Assembly: GCA_964561875.1 (NCBI GenBank)
Contig: CAZLQL010000001.1
Coordinates: forward strand, 5,191 to 68,759
Direction of reading: 5' to 3'
Origin: an uncultured Candidatus Saccharibacteria bacterium
Lineage (GTDB): Bacteria > Patescibacteriota > Minisyncoccia > Phycocordibacterales > PALSA-1337
DNA length: 63,569 bases
A program made the translations under genes and the position numbers. Below, piece after piece: positions 47,864 through 56,945 of the stretch (positions within the stretch are counted from its first letter, which is position 1; each line of letters starts with the position of its first letter). A model generated the notes under the pieces. It did no database searches. It had not been told where the DNA came from and saw only the letters and a list, made by a program, of their open reading frames with translations.

Positions 47864-48730
47864 TTAAAGTGACATTAACCGAAATGAAGTGTTTCCACCA
47901 AGAGCGCCTTCTCTTAAGGCGAATTCAAACTCTTCAGTTTCGTTGATAAAATTGCCTAAAGTCTCAAAGTTCTTGTAGTCTTTTGATCCTTGAAGAGCAT
48001 ATCCATTTTTAGGTACTGCTCCAGTCACCCTGAAATGGAATACCTTCTCACCACCTTCAGTTTTAAGAGAAATTTGAATGACCGGTTTAACAGTAATCGT
48101 TTCTTTGGCAAGTCCTGTGATTGTGACTTCACACAGAACAAGTCTTCCAACTCCTCCTGCATCTGAGTCACTTATGACCAAGCTCCAAACTCCACTCGGA
48201 TTCAAACCTTTAAGATCTGACAAGTGACTCTCAATAGGGTCAGTATCAAAAGATTTCCAACGACCATCTGGTTGCCATGTTCCAATCAGTGGTGTTGTGT
48301 ATTCAGGATCAATTGGTTTTGTTTGATTTCCGTTCAAGACCAACCTATAGCTGTGAATATCTTTTCCGATGGCAGCGTCATCAAAAGTGACATCGAAGCC
48401 ATTATCGGGATATCCTGACAACTCTGTTTTCCTCTTGCCGACATGATTGATAAGAGGTACTCCCGTTTGACCAAGATAAATCGCCGCATAGTAATCGCCG
48501 TTCGACGCAAAATCATCGCCATTGATCTTGAGTCTAACTGTTACTCTATCGATTTTTTCGATTTGGCTGTCAATCGGGGTGTTGAGAACGATCCCAGACT
48601 TCAATCCATCAGGCACAGTAATTTCGGCCTGATTGATTCGGTGAATCTCTGTAACCATTTCGGATGACAGAGAATTTGTGAGAGTGAGAATTAAACTCAC
48701 TATGAAACAAACGACGTATTTTAGGTTCAT
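47864..48730 (-). CDS. Secreted protein with a proprotein-convertase P-domain-like module and no protease domain; G+C-richer
   Basis: Signal peptide MNLKYVVCFIVSLILTLTNS. ...GDYYAAIYLGQTGVPLIN...FDVTFDDAA...NPSGVWSLVISDSDAGGVGRLVLCEVTITG. Confidence 0.5.
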   Translation of the reverse strand: MNLKYVVCFIVSLILTLTNSLSSEMVTEIHRINQAEITVPDGLKSGIVLNTPIDSQIEKIDRVTVRLKINGDDFASNGDYYAAIYLGQTGVPLINHVGKRKTELSGYPDNGFDVTFDDAAIGKDIHSYRLVLNGNQTKPIDPEYTTPLIGTWQPDGRWKSFDTDPIESHLSDLKGLNPSGVWSLVISDSDAGGVGRLVLCEVTITGLAKETITVKPVIQISLKTEGGEKVFHFRVTGAVPKNGYALQGSKDYKNFETLGNFINETEEFEFALREGALGGNTSFRLMSL

Positions 48731-48836
48731 TTGATGTGCTATAGTTCGAGTCAAACCATACTATATTTCAGACTAAATGTAAAGACGAAGTGTCGATTAC
48801 TTAAAAACAAAAAAGCCGGGATTACCGGTTTTTTTG

Positions 48837-49436
48837 TTATCTATTTTTTGAAGTCCAGATATTTTCCCACCATTCTGACGGTTCTGTTGAATAAATTGCC
48901 TTACCTATTTTTTGAGCGCTTTCTGTTTTTAATTTACTTAATTGTGCATTTATTTTATCTTTACCTTTACCAAATAACCAAACCTTAGCTTCTTTATTAC
49001 CAGCCATTTCATACTCTCTAAGTAGAAGGATTTGATCAAGTAAGTCTGCATCTTTAGCAGCGACTGCTTCTAAAGACTCTCTTTTACTATATTCTAGAAT
49101 AAAATCTTTTAATTCTGGGAAGGGGATATTATTATACTGATCGTTATGTATTTCCTCTTCAAATATTTTAGTATATTTTTTATGTATCAAATTATGATCA
49201 TTACTTCTTGTCTCGGCTGTATCGTGTAAAAGGCACATCATAACTGTCTTATAAGGATCAATTTTTTCCTGTTTTGCTATAAACCATCCAATTACTGAAA
49301 CTCTATATGAGTGAGATGATATATTATCAGATAGGTCATCGGTTAGAAGTGCTTGACGATGCATTCTCATAAGTTTCCTCATCGTTCCTATCTCATATAA
49401 GAAATTTACAATATTTTTATTTTTACTTTCTCTCAT
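48837..49436 (-). CDS. HD-domain hydrolase (YfbR-like 5'-nucleotidase family)
   Basis: HSYRV...LLHDTAETRSND. The ATG lies 1 nt after the tRNA-Arg discriminator base. Confidence 0.8.
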   Translation of the reverse strand: MRESKNKNIVNFLYEIGTMRKLMRMHRQALLTDDLSDNISSHSYRVSVIGWFIAKQEKIDPYKTVMMCLLHDTAETRSNDHNLIHKKYTKIFEEEIHNDQYNNIPFPELKDFILEYSKRESLEAVAAKDADLLDQILLLREYEMAGNKEAKVWLFGKGKDKINAQLSKLKTESAQKIGKAIYSTEPSEWWENIWTSKNR

Positions 49437-49437
49437 G

Positions 49438-49509
49438 TGCCCCCGGTAGGAATCGAACCTACATCACAACTTCCGCAAAGTTGTGTCCTATCCATTGAAC
49501 GACGAGGGC
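49438..49509 (-). tRNA. tRNA-Arg(GCG), CCA not encoded
   Basis: Reverse complement: acceptor GCCCTCG/CGGGGGC, anticodon stem CAACT/AGTTG, loop TTGCGGA, T-arm GTAGG-TTCGATT-CCTAC. Confidence 0.8.
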
Positions 49510-49534
49510 ATATAAATACTTTGCTACACTACCA

Positions 49535-49993
49535 TTAAAATCCAAATCTCTCAAGAATCTTTTGAAATACAGATTCATGGTGCTCAGTCTCTGTAATGTA
49601 GTTCAAAAGTATATCTCTTACTTGTTCAGGGTCCACCTCATCAATACGAACTATAATGTATGGAGAAAAAGTTCTTAATGATTTTAATATTATTTTTGAA
49701 GGATACTCTTCAGCATCAATCCAAAATGATTCAAGTGTTAAAAAAGGGTAGAGTACATTATCTACTATTACACCTCTATCGTTTATCTCACAATATATGT
49801 CTTTGTTCTCTCTCTTTCCATGAATTATAAGTGACACAACCCCAACTATTATAAGCACTCCAAAGACAAAGTTTCCAAATATAAAAGCTAGAGCAGATGC
49901 TGTTACAGTTATGATTCCAACTGACCAGTACCAGTCATTATTTTTTTCAGTATTGAAATGTTCTTTTGCTACCCAAGATATGAGGGGATTCAT
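49535..49993 (-). CDS. Hypothetical membrane protein (2 TM plus a soluble domain)
   Basis: 152-aa ORF. TATAAT (rc of 50000-50005) lies 6 nt before the ATG. Confidence 0.55.
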   Translation of the reverse strand: MNPLISWVAKEHFNTEKNNDWYWSVGIITVTASALAFIFGNFVFGVLIIVGVVSLIIHGKRENKDIYCEINDRGVIVDNVLYPFLTLESFWIDAEEYPSKIILKSLRTFSPYIIVRIDEVDPEQVRDILLNYITETEHHESVFQKILERFGF

Positions 49994-50096
49994 AAGAATA
50001 TTATAGCACTAGATTTGGTACAAATAAAAAAGATAGTAATTTGTGGGTTTTGTGGTAGTATCCAATTTAGATAAAATATTAGTAGAAAGGAATGTT

Positions 50097-50354
50097 GTGG
50101 ACTCAAATACAGTAAAATCAGAGGTTGGGTTAACACCAGAGCAGATCAAAAAAGGTGTGGATGATCTACAAGAAGAGTATGTAAGACTATGCAATTTGGT
50201 AGAAATAACTCACGCTCAGATGGTTGATGTTGGACGCCGTATTAGCGCTTTAAGAACTGAGTGTTTGCACGGTGAGGTAAGGGTGCTCTTTTTGCAAGAT
50301 GTTGCAGAGATGAAACTCCAAAGGTTTTGTGCTATATGCGGAGAGAGGCGTTAA
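50097..50354 (+). CDS. Hypothetical small protein (85 aa; 103 aa if GTG 50043 is used), ends ...CAICGERR
   Basis: GTG 50097 lies 5 nt after AAAGGA. Hairpin terminator CACGATAC/GTATCGTG downstream. Confidence 0.45.
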   Translation: MDSNTVKSEVGLTPEQIKKGVDDLQEEYVRLCNLVEITHAQMVDVGRRISALRTECLHGEVRVLFLQDVAEMKLQRFCAICGERR

Positions 50355-50437
50355 TTTTTTTTATGATTTCAATCACGATACTTCCTATAGGTATCGTGTT
50401 TTGTTTTATGGAAATAATTTTCATTGTCACTTATCTT

Positions 50438-50481
50438 GAAATAAAAATACACCAATTATGTCGGCGTCTTTTTCAACTGCG
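50438..50481 (+). repeat. 44-nt repeat, copy A (weak hairpin plus T-run)
   Basis: GAAATAAAAATACACCAATTATGTCGGCGTCTTTTTCAACTGCG; 42 of 44 identical to 51974-52017. Confidence 0.85.
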
Positions 50482-50801
50482 AGAGTGGTTAGATATGTTC
50501 AGGACTGTAGATTGGAAAGAGGCTACCATGTACCCATTGTTCGGACGCTCGTTATAAAATAAATAGTTTGCACTAACACCTATAGACACAGTAATACCAA
50601 GGAATAGTCCGATTAGACCCCTAATTATCATATTCCTATTATTTACTTTTGATTCCATTATTCAAGTCCTGCACAATATCGATTTTTCCATAATTTCAGG
50701 AATTTTCCGAAAATATAATAAAATTTGACAATGTGCATATCTCATCTGTAAAGGATAATGCACTATGCTATAGTTATCACATTAGTAATTAATATTATCT
50801 T

Positions 50802-51245
50802 ATGAAGAAATCTATAATAATTGTCAGTGCTGTGGCAGTTGTAATACTTGGAGCACTCATTCTGCTTAAACCACAGACAAATTCTCGAGGTGCAGTAAAT
50901 CAAGCTCTTGGAAAGGCAACTGAAGCTTCACTGAAGACATTTGTGGCGATTGCTATGTCTGATATTGCTCAATATTACGGTGATACAAAGAACACCACAC
51001 CTTATTGGATAGACCCAACGAACAAACAAGCACTTGATACCCGCTTTACAAAAGTTGTAAAAAGTAAATTTGAAGGAGACTTTGTCTATAATGTCCTCGA
51101 TGAAAAGGAAAATGCTGCTGTTAAGGCTGCTGACAAATCACGAGGTATTTATGTTTGTATGGATAGCCTTACAGTGAAGGTTACTGACATTACGGCTGAA
51201 GAATTTAGCAAAAACACTGACTGTTCAGGTCAGGTGATTAAATAA
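50802..51245 (+). CDS. Hypothetical exported/anchored protein (147 aa), loosely pilin-like with two C-terminal Cys
   Basis: N-terminal TM MKKSIIIVSAVAVVILGALILL, amphipathic helix, C-terminal C...C pair. No prepilin G/F-E5 motif. Confidence 0.5.
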   Translation: MKKSIIIVSAVAVVILGALILLKPQTNSRGAVNQALGKATEASLKTFVAIAMSDIAQYYGDTKNTTPYWIDPTNKQALDTRFTKVVKSKFEGDFVYNVLDEKENAAVKAADKSRGIYVCMDSLTVKVTDITAEEFSKNTDCSGQVIK

Positions 51246-51254
51246 TAGAAATTT

Positions 51255-51653
51255 ATGAAACCAAAAAAGAACTCAGCAGATTGGTATATTGCAGCAACAC
51301 ATTGGCTTACTTCGATGGTTGCTAGCGTTATTTTGGGTATTATCCTTGTGATAATCATTGTCTCAATCTCTGATAATCCTACAATAGATCTAATTACTGA
51401 AATTTCTGTTACGCCACTCGTTATGTGGCTTGCAGTAAAAATGTCTGCAAGTTATCTTAATAAAACATATGTAATTAAGGATGCACATAAAGTCGCGGTA
51501 CTTTCACTTATTTACGTAGTCATTGTTGCTGGAGGTTACAGACTCTATAGTTTTCTTCAGACAGGTGTTTTTTCTCCAGAATATATAGGATTTATTATTG
51601 CTCTCATCGTCTTCTATGTTGCAAGCAAAAAGTATATTAAAGTAACTGTCTAA
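51255..51653 (+). CDS. Hypothetical membrane protein (132 aa, 4 TM)
   Basis: ORF and hydrophobicity only. Confidence 0.5.
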   Translation: MKPKKNSADWYIAATHWLTSMVASVILGIILVIIIVSISDNPTIDLITEISVTPLVMWLAVKMSASYLNKTYVIKDAHKVAVLSLIYVVIVAGGYRLYSFLQTGVFSPEYIGFIIALIVFYVASKKYIKVTV

Positions 51654-51655
51654 TT

Positions 51656-51964
51656 ATGTATAAATTTTGTAGGGACTTAATTGAATATGAAGGTCAGCTC
51701 ATCCGGCAGTGCAGTGTGATTCCTATTCTACTTGAACAACCACCGTGGATAGGAACGGTTTTATATGGGATTTTTACTATTTTACTAATTCTACTCTCCT
51801 ATTTATCTCTAAGAACTGCATATCTACTCTATAATAGACGAAGAAAAGATTTTGATAGGAAGAAATGGCAATTCTTCATATTACTTATTGTGTTTGGTGT
51901 GCTCGTATGGTACTCAGTATATATCTGCTTCGGTAATTTTCTTTCTTTTGCTTCTCTTTTATAA
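51656..51964 (+). CDS. Hypothetical membrane protein (102 aa, 2-3 TM)
   Basis: ORF and hydrophobicity only; tightly packed with the two genes above. Confidence 0.45.
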   Translation: MYKFCRDLIEYEGQLIRQCSVIPILLEQPPWIGTVLYGIFTILLILLSYLSLRTAYLLYNRRRKDFDRKKWQFFILLIVFGVLVWYSVYICFGNFLSFASLL

Positions 51965-51973
51965 TTTAGTAGT

Positions 51974-52017
51974 GAAATAAAAACACACCGATTATGTCGG
52001 CGTCTTTTTCAACTGCG
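51974..52017 (+). repeat. 44-nt repeat, copy B (hairpin plus T-run)
   Basis: GAAATAAAAACACACCGATTATGTCGGCGTCTTTTTCAACTGCG. Confidence 0.85.
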
Positions 52018-52045
52018 GAGGGTACTAGACGAAGTTATAATCTTT

Positions 52046-52600
52046 TTAAAGTTTTTTCTTATTCAAATATTCTTTTAAAAGACTAAGTGCTATAAGTATT
52101 TGAGCATTTGGTATTTGCTTATTTACAAGTTTATTATATGCCTCATCAAAGCTAACTTTTTCTGTTTGAATAATCTCGTGCTCGTCTTTATCTAAAGATG
52201 ACTCTCTTAATTTGGTCGCTAGTATAATATGAAATTTACTAGTTGAATGATTCATTATAAAAAATGAAGATAATATTTTAAGATAACCAGCTTTCAATCC
52301 AATTTCTTCTTGTAACTCTCTATTTGCTGTATCCTTTATATCTTTAATACTTGGTTTTTCTTTTTCTATATATCCACTAGGTAATTCCCATAAAAATCCT
52401 TTACGTGCCAATCTCCATTCTTTTTTTATATAAATATTCTTTTCTTCATCTAAAGCAATTACAATAACTCCATCTCTACCTTTTATATAAGACCAATTTA
52501 TCTCTTTATCTTCAGGTGTTTTTAATTTTGCTCTAATTATAGAAAATCTTTTACCGTCAGAATATTCTTCGGTTTCATTAATAACTTTAAAATTTTTCAT
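52046..52600 (-). CDS. NUDIX hydrolase
   Basis: Nudix box GYIEKEKPSIKDIKDTANRELQEEIGL. The ATG lies 3 nt after the tRNA-Ser discriminator. Confidence 0.85.
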   Translation of the reverse strand: MKNFKVINETEEYSDGKRFSIIRAKLKTPEDKEINWSYIKGRDGVIVIALDEEKNIYIKKEWRLARKGFLWELPSGYIEKEKPSIKDIKDTANRELQEEIGLKAGYLKILSSFFIMNHSTSKFHIILATKLRESSLDKDEHEIIQTEKVSFDEAYNKLVNKQIPNAQILIALSLLKEYLNKKKL

Positions 52601-52603
52601 CTG

Positions 52604-52691
52604 CGGAGGAGGTGAGATTCGAACTCACGACCCACTTGCGCGGGTTCCGCTTTTCAAGAGCGGTGCCTTCAACCACTCGAGCCACTCCTCC
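52604..52691 (-). tRNA. tRNA-Ser(TGA), long variable arm, CCA not encoded
   Basis: Reverse complement: acceptor GGAGGAG/CTCCTCC, anticodon stem CCGCT/AGCGG, loop CTTGAAA, T-loop TTCGAAT. Confidence 0.85.
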
Positions 52692-52788
52692 ATATTGTTC
52701 AATAGTAATCCTATTATTGAATACAATTTATACTCTCATATTATCATTATGTTTTCAAGTTATTAATTTTCTGAACATAAAGTGCACT

Positions 52789-53256
52789 CTAATCCTTATG
52801 TCTCTCTAGATAATGCTTTTCATAGTGACAATTTGGGCAAATTAACTCAAGGTTACTGAAATTATTATTTCTTCTATTCCTATCCTTATGATGAATCTGT
52901 AGTATTTTGTGTTTATTGTACCCACATATTTCGTATTTCATTCCACGGAGTTCAATTAATCTTTGTTTAATAATATCTTGTGCCCTTAATTTATCATTTG
53001 GCCTCATTATTCCATATTTAAGACCCGCTCTATTTTTATTTGAACATACTCTACTGCAGGTCTTTTTATTTAAACTGGATAACATTAATTTTCCACAAAT
53101 TATACAAGGTTTCTCATCTCTACATGATTTACCATAACATGCATTGCTACAATAAACATTTCCTCTACTTAATTTCAATTGTAAAGGTCTTCTATATATA
53201 GACTTATTACAGATCTTGCAATACGAATTGTGTTTTCTTTTATATAGCTCAGGCAT
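52789..53256 (-). CDS. HNH endonuclease with multiple CxxC zinc-ribbon motifs
   Basis: HHKDRNRRNNNFSNLELICPNCHYEKH. Upstream CKIC, CSNAC, CIIC and CSRVC pairs. Internal Met chosen to avoid overlapping ruvX. Confidence 0.75.
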   Translation of the reverse strand: MPELYKRKHNSYCKICNKSIYRRPLQLKLSRGNVYCSNACYGKSCRDEKPCIICGKLMLSSLNKKTCSRVCSNKNRAGLKYGIMRPNDKLRAQDIIKQRLIELRGMKYEICGYNKHKILQIHHKDRNRRNNNFSNLELICPNCHYEKHYLERHKD

Positions 53257-53329
53257 TAATCCAGTATACCGTAAAGAAAATGAAAAATAATACTTTGCCC
53301 ATATTTTCAATATGCAGTACACTTACTAC

Positions 53330-53728
53330 ATGAGATTACTCGGAATAGACTATGGCTCAAAGAGAGTTGGAATAGCAATATCAGATGTTGATGCGGGTTT
53401 TGCAATACCTACAACTGTAATAAAAAATCAGGGTGATATAGAAAAACTTTTAAAAGAAGTCATTGAACTAGCAGAAAAAAATTCTATAAAAGAAATAGTA
53501 ATGGGGGAATCAAAAGATTTTAAAGGGAAAGACAATACTATCATGGCTGAAAGTTTGGAATTTAAAAAAAGATTGGAACAACTTGGTTTTGCTGTACACA
53601 TGGAACCAGAATTTCTTACAAGTTTCCAAGCAGAAAAGATTCAAGGTAAAAATGATATGTTAGATGCTTCTGCAGCTGCACTTATTTTACAGAGCTTTAT
53701 CGATAAGAGGAAAAATAAGAAAGTTTGA
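53330..53728 (+). CDS. ruvX: Pre-16S rRNA nuclease / Holliday-junction-resolvase-like YqgF
   Basis: MRLLGIDYGSKRVGIAISD...DASAAALILQSF. Confidence 0.88.
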   Translation: MRLLGIDYGSKRVGIAISDVDAGFAIPTTVIKNQGDIEKLLKEVIELAEKNSIKEIVMGESKDFKGKDNTIMAESLEFKKRLEQLGFAVHMEPEFLTSFQAEKIQGKNDMLDASAAALILQSFIDKRKNKKV

Positions 53729-53869
53729 CGTATTTTAGTTTAATGATATTGTAACATTGGCTGAAATTTCCATATCTTATGGTATGGTCGCAAGTGCACC
53801 TTAGTGTATTTGTAGAGACGTATATTGCATGCGTAGGTGTTCATGCATAAAAAGTAAAACGAAAGTGTT

Positions 53870-54304
53870 ATGTCTACACAAATAGTCAGGGCAAGAATAT
53901 TCAACGGACCCCATTACCCAAACTTTGTTATGGGGAGTAATCTCTTCTATGATGGTAGAGATAAGAGGTTTAGTATAAGGTCTTATGATAATTCTGCATA
54001 TTTAGTTCCTACTGAAGACGGCTTGCAGTCTGAAGGAACTGTTATTGCAGAAGTGATGATGCTTGGGAGGGAAAGACCAGTATTGGCTGAGAGGATCTTC
54101 AATGCAATCCTTAGAGTGGATTTCTTACATAGAAGAGATCCATCAAAATTCCCAGTGTTCTATCTCGTAGGTGTATACGATTACGTGGATAGAAATGGAA
54201 TGTTTTACGTTTTTGATGAGGAAACATTCCTAACTAGTTCACTTGTTACTAAGGCTTTACTGAATCGTCTTACCAAGGAAGATTTGGGACTCACAAGTTT
54301 ATGA
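53870..54304 (+). CDS. Hypothetical protein (144 aa), G+C-richer ORFan
   Basis: ORF plus terminator AAACCGC/GCGGTTT downstream; no motif recognised. Confidence 0.55.
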   Translation: MSTQIVRARIFNGPHYPNFVMGSNLFYDGRDKRFSIRSYDNSAYLVPTEDGLQSEGTVIAEVMMLGRERPVLAERIFNAILRVDFLHRRDPSKFPVFYLVGVYDYVDRNGMFYVFDEETFLTSSLVTKALLNRLTKEDLGLTSL

Positions 54305-54370
54305 ATTTCACAAACCGCCACCCTTTGGGTCGCGGTTTGATTTTTATTACCTTAACCTTATAATGAAGTT

Positions 54371-54799
54371 ATGAATGAAAATCAACAACCTCAAACACCC
54401 GAAAAGTCAGTAATAAAAGATAAAAAAATCTCATATGATGACTTTGCAAAGGTAGAGATAAAAGCAGGGAAGATATTGTCTGCTGAAAAAATACCTGATA
54501 CAGATAAACTTCTAAAATTGTCTGTAGATTTTGGTGAAATGAGTGAAGTTGTAAATGTCGAGGATGGAAAGACATCTTTGGTTTCAAAACCACGCCAAAT
54601 AGTTTCTGGTATATCTATGTATTTTCCTGATACAACTGTTTTGATAGGGAAATTATGTATGTTTGTTACAAATCTAGAGCCAAGAATGATAAAAGGTCAT
54701 GAAAGTAATGGTATGCTTTTTGCTTTATCTACAGACGATGGTAAGTTTTCTTTGCTTGAACCAAATCAAACCATACCAGCAGGAACTAAAGCAAAATAA
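54371..54799 (+). CDS. tRNA-binding domain protein (CsaA/Trbp111-like)
   Basis: FAKVEIKAGKILSAEKIPDTDKLLKLSVDFGE...RQIVSGI...VTNLEPRMIKGHESNGML. TATAAT (54359-54364) lies 6 nt before the ATG. Confidence 0.85.
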   Translation: MNENQQPQTPEKSVIKDKKISYDDFAKVEIKAGKILSAEKIPDTDKLLKLSVDFGEMSEVVNVEDGKTSLVSKPRQIVSGISMYFPDTTVLIGKLCMFVTNLEPRMIKGHESNGMLFALSTDDGKFSLLEPNQTIPAGTKAK

Positions 54800-54809
54800 T
54801 TTAAATTAA

Positions 54810-55433
54810 ATGAGTATACAAGACATATTGGATCCACAAAAGTTAATAACAATATTTGGTCTTATTGGTGTTATAGTTGTGATATTTGCTGAATCAGGAT
54901 TATTTTTTGGTTTCTTTTTACCAGGGGATTCTCTACTTTTCACTGCAGGACTATTGTCATCACAGGGAATACTACCTTTTTGGATTCTGATCGTGGGAGT
55001 ATTTTTTGCTGCAGTACTTGGGGATAACGTGGGGTATTGGTTTGGTAAAAAGATTGGCCCAGCACTATTTGTAAAAGAAGATTCTCTTTTTTTTAAAAGA
55101 AAGTATATTGCTCAAGCGCAACACTTTTATGAAAAATACGGTAAAAAAACAATAATACTTTCAAGGTTTATTCCTATAGTTAGAACTTTTGCACCTATAG
55201 TAGCTGGTATAGGGAATATGAACTATAGAGTTTTCTTTATTTACAATATAATCGGAGGATTTTTATGGTCTGTAGGGCTTACAGTACTAGGTTATGTACT
55301 TGGTAATACTGTTCCCGGTATAGATAAGTATTTGTTACCTATAATACTTTTTATTATATTTGTATCTTTTCTACCACCTATATATCAAGTACTAAAATCG
55401 TATTTAGAAAAAAACAAAAATATAGTACAATAG
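54810..55433 (+). CDS. DedA family membrane protein
   Basis: FLPGDSLLFTAG...LSRFIPIVRTFAP. Confidence 0.88.
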   Translation: MSIQDILDPQKLITIFGLIGVIVVIFAESGLFFGFFLPGDSLLFTAGLLSSQGILPFWILIVGVFFAAVLGDNVGYWFGKKIGPALFVKEDSLFFKRKYIAQAQHFYEKYGKKTIILSRFIPIVRTFAPIVAGIGNMNYRVFFIYNIIGGFLWSVGLTVLGYVLGNTVPGIDKYLLPIILFIIFVSFLPPIYQVLKSYLEKNKNIVQ

Positions 55434-55449
55434 TAGGAAAGTACTATAT

Positions 55450-56397
55450 ATGTTTACTAGGACATTTTTTAAATTATTTCCACCTCCGCATTATCTGAAT
55501 ATTCCATATTCTGGACTTGATATTTCTGAAGACGCTATAAGAGCAGTAGATTTTGGACAAAACTCAAAAAGTTTCTTTGTGAGAAACTTTGGTGTAGAAC
55601 CACTAGCAAAAGGGGTTATAGAGTCAGGTCAGATAAAGGATGAAAAAGCTTTGATTCAAGGAATAAAGAATTTGAAAGATAGATTGAAACTATCGGTGGT
55701 GAGAGCCTCGCTACCAGAAGAGAGAATGTATCTATTTAAACTGGAAGTTCCAACTACTGATGAAAATGAAATTAGACAACTTATAGAGTTTAAATTGGAA
55801 GAGAATGTTCCACTTTCACCTAGTGAAGCACTTTTTTTCTTTGATCTAATTCCAAATATTACAAAAGTAAAACAAAGATATGCTAGTGTTTCTGTTGCTC
55901 CACAAGAATTGGTAAGTGGCTATCTGAATGCGATAAAAAGTGCTGGATTGTCTGTAATATCTTTTGATATTCAACCAAAAGCAATTGCAAGATCTGTAGT
56001 ACAGATCGGTTCTCTGGATACAGAGATGATAGTACATATCATGAATAGAAAAACTGGAGTATATATAGTAACTGGGGGTGTGTTGTGTTTTACATCTACT
56101 ATATCTTGGGGTAGTGAAAATATAGACAATACTGCAGACATAAAGAAAGAATTGGGAAGGGTATATGAATACTGGAAAGATCACGGTCAATCTACTATAG
56201 GTAGAATAGTAGTATCAGGTAAAACTGCTGTTAAAGATGGTCTATTATCATCAATAACACCAAATCCTTCTATACCTATAGAGGTGGCAAAAGTCTGGAG
56301 AAATGCTTTTTCTGTTGACAACTATATACCACCTATTTCTTATGAAGATTCACTAGATTATTCTGTGGCTATAGGACTTTCATTACCAATACAATGA
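55450..56397 (+). CDS. pilM: Type IV pilus assembly protein PilM (actin-like ATPase fold)
   Basis: GLDISEDAIRAV...; length and operon with the PilN/O-like genes. Confidence 0.75.
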   Translation: MFTRTFFKLFPPPHYLNIPYSGLDISEDAIRAVDFGQNSKSFFVRNFGVEPLAKGVIESGQIKDEKALIQGIKNLKDRLKLSVVRASLPEERMYLFKLEVPTTDENEIRQLIEFKLEENVPLSPSEALFFFDLIPNITKVKQRYASVSVAPQELVSGYLNAIKSAGLSVISFDIQPKAIARSVVQIGSLDTEMIVHIMNRKTGVYIVTGGVLCFTSTISWGSENIDNTADIKKELGRVYEYWKDHGQSTIGRIVVSGKTAVKDGLLSSITPNPSIPIEVAKVWRNAFSVDNYIPPISYEDSLDYSVAIGLSLPIQ

Positions 56398-56945
56398 TAC
56401 ATTACACACTATTACCAGAAGGTGAAATAAGATTGTTAAGAAAAGAATATAGATTCAGACTTTTTGTTGTAGCACTATTTTTTATATCAATATCTATTGC
56501 AATAGGGGTAACATCACTTATTCCATCATATGTAATTTCAAAAACAGAACAAAATAGAATACTACAAGAAGTAAATGATATGAAAAAGGAAAGGGAGGCA
56601 AATGGTATAAATCAGATCGATAAAGATTTTTCCAAGACACAGTCTATAATAAATAGAATGGCAGATATGGGAAATCCAACACCTTTTTCTAGTTCTATAG
56701 AAAGAATAGGTGCATATAGAGTAAGTGGTATATCTATACATTCTTTCGATATGGGCTATTCATTGAACAACTCTACTACAACAGATGTGGTTATTCAGGG
56801 TAAGGCTTTATCTAGAGAAGCCCTCGTTTCATTTAAAAAGAAATTGGAATCAGATGCTAGTTTTAAAAATATAAATTTACCAGTATCAGATCTAGCTAAG
56901 AGTAAAAATATAGAGTTTAGTCTAAGAATGAATATAATAAAATGA
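56394..56945 (+). CDS. pilN: PilN-like bitopic membrane protein
   Basis: N-terminal TM after LLRKEYRFR. Position; ATGA overlap with pilM. Confidence 0.6.
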   Translation: MIHYTLLPEGEIRLLRKEYRFRLFVVALFFISISIAIGVTSLIPSYVISKTEQNRILQEVNDMKKEREANGINQIDKDFSKTQSIINRMADMGNPTPFSSSIERIGAYRVSGISIHSFDMGYSLNNSTTTDVVIQGKALSREALVSFKKKLESDASFKNINLPVSDLAKSKNIEFSLRMNIIK

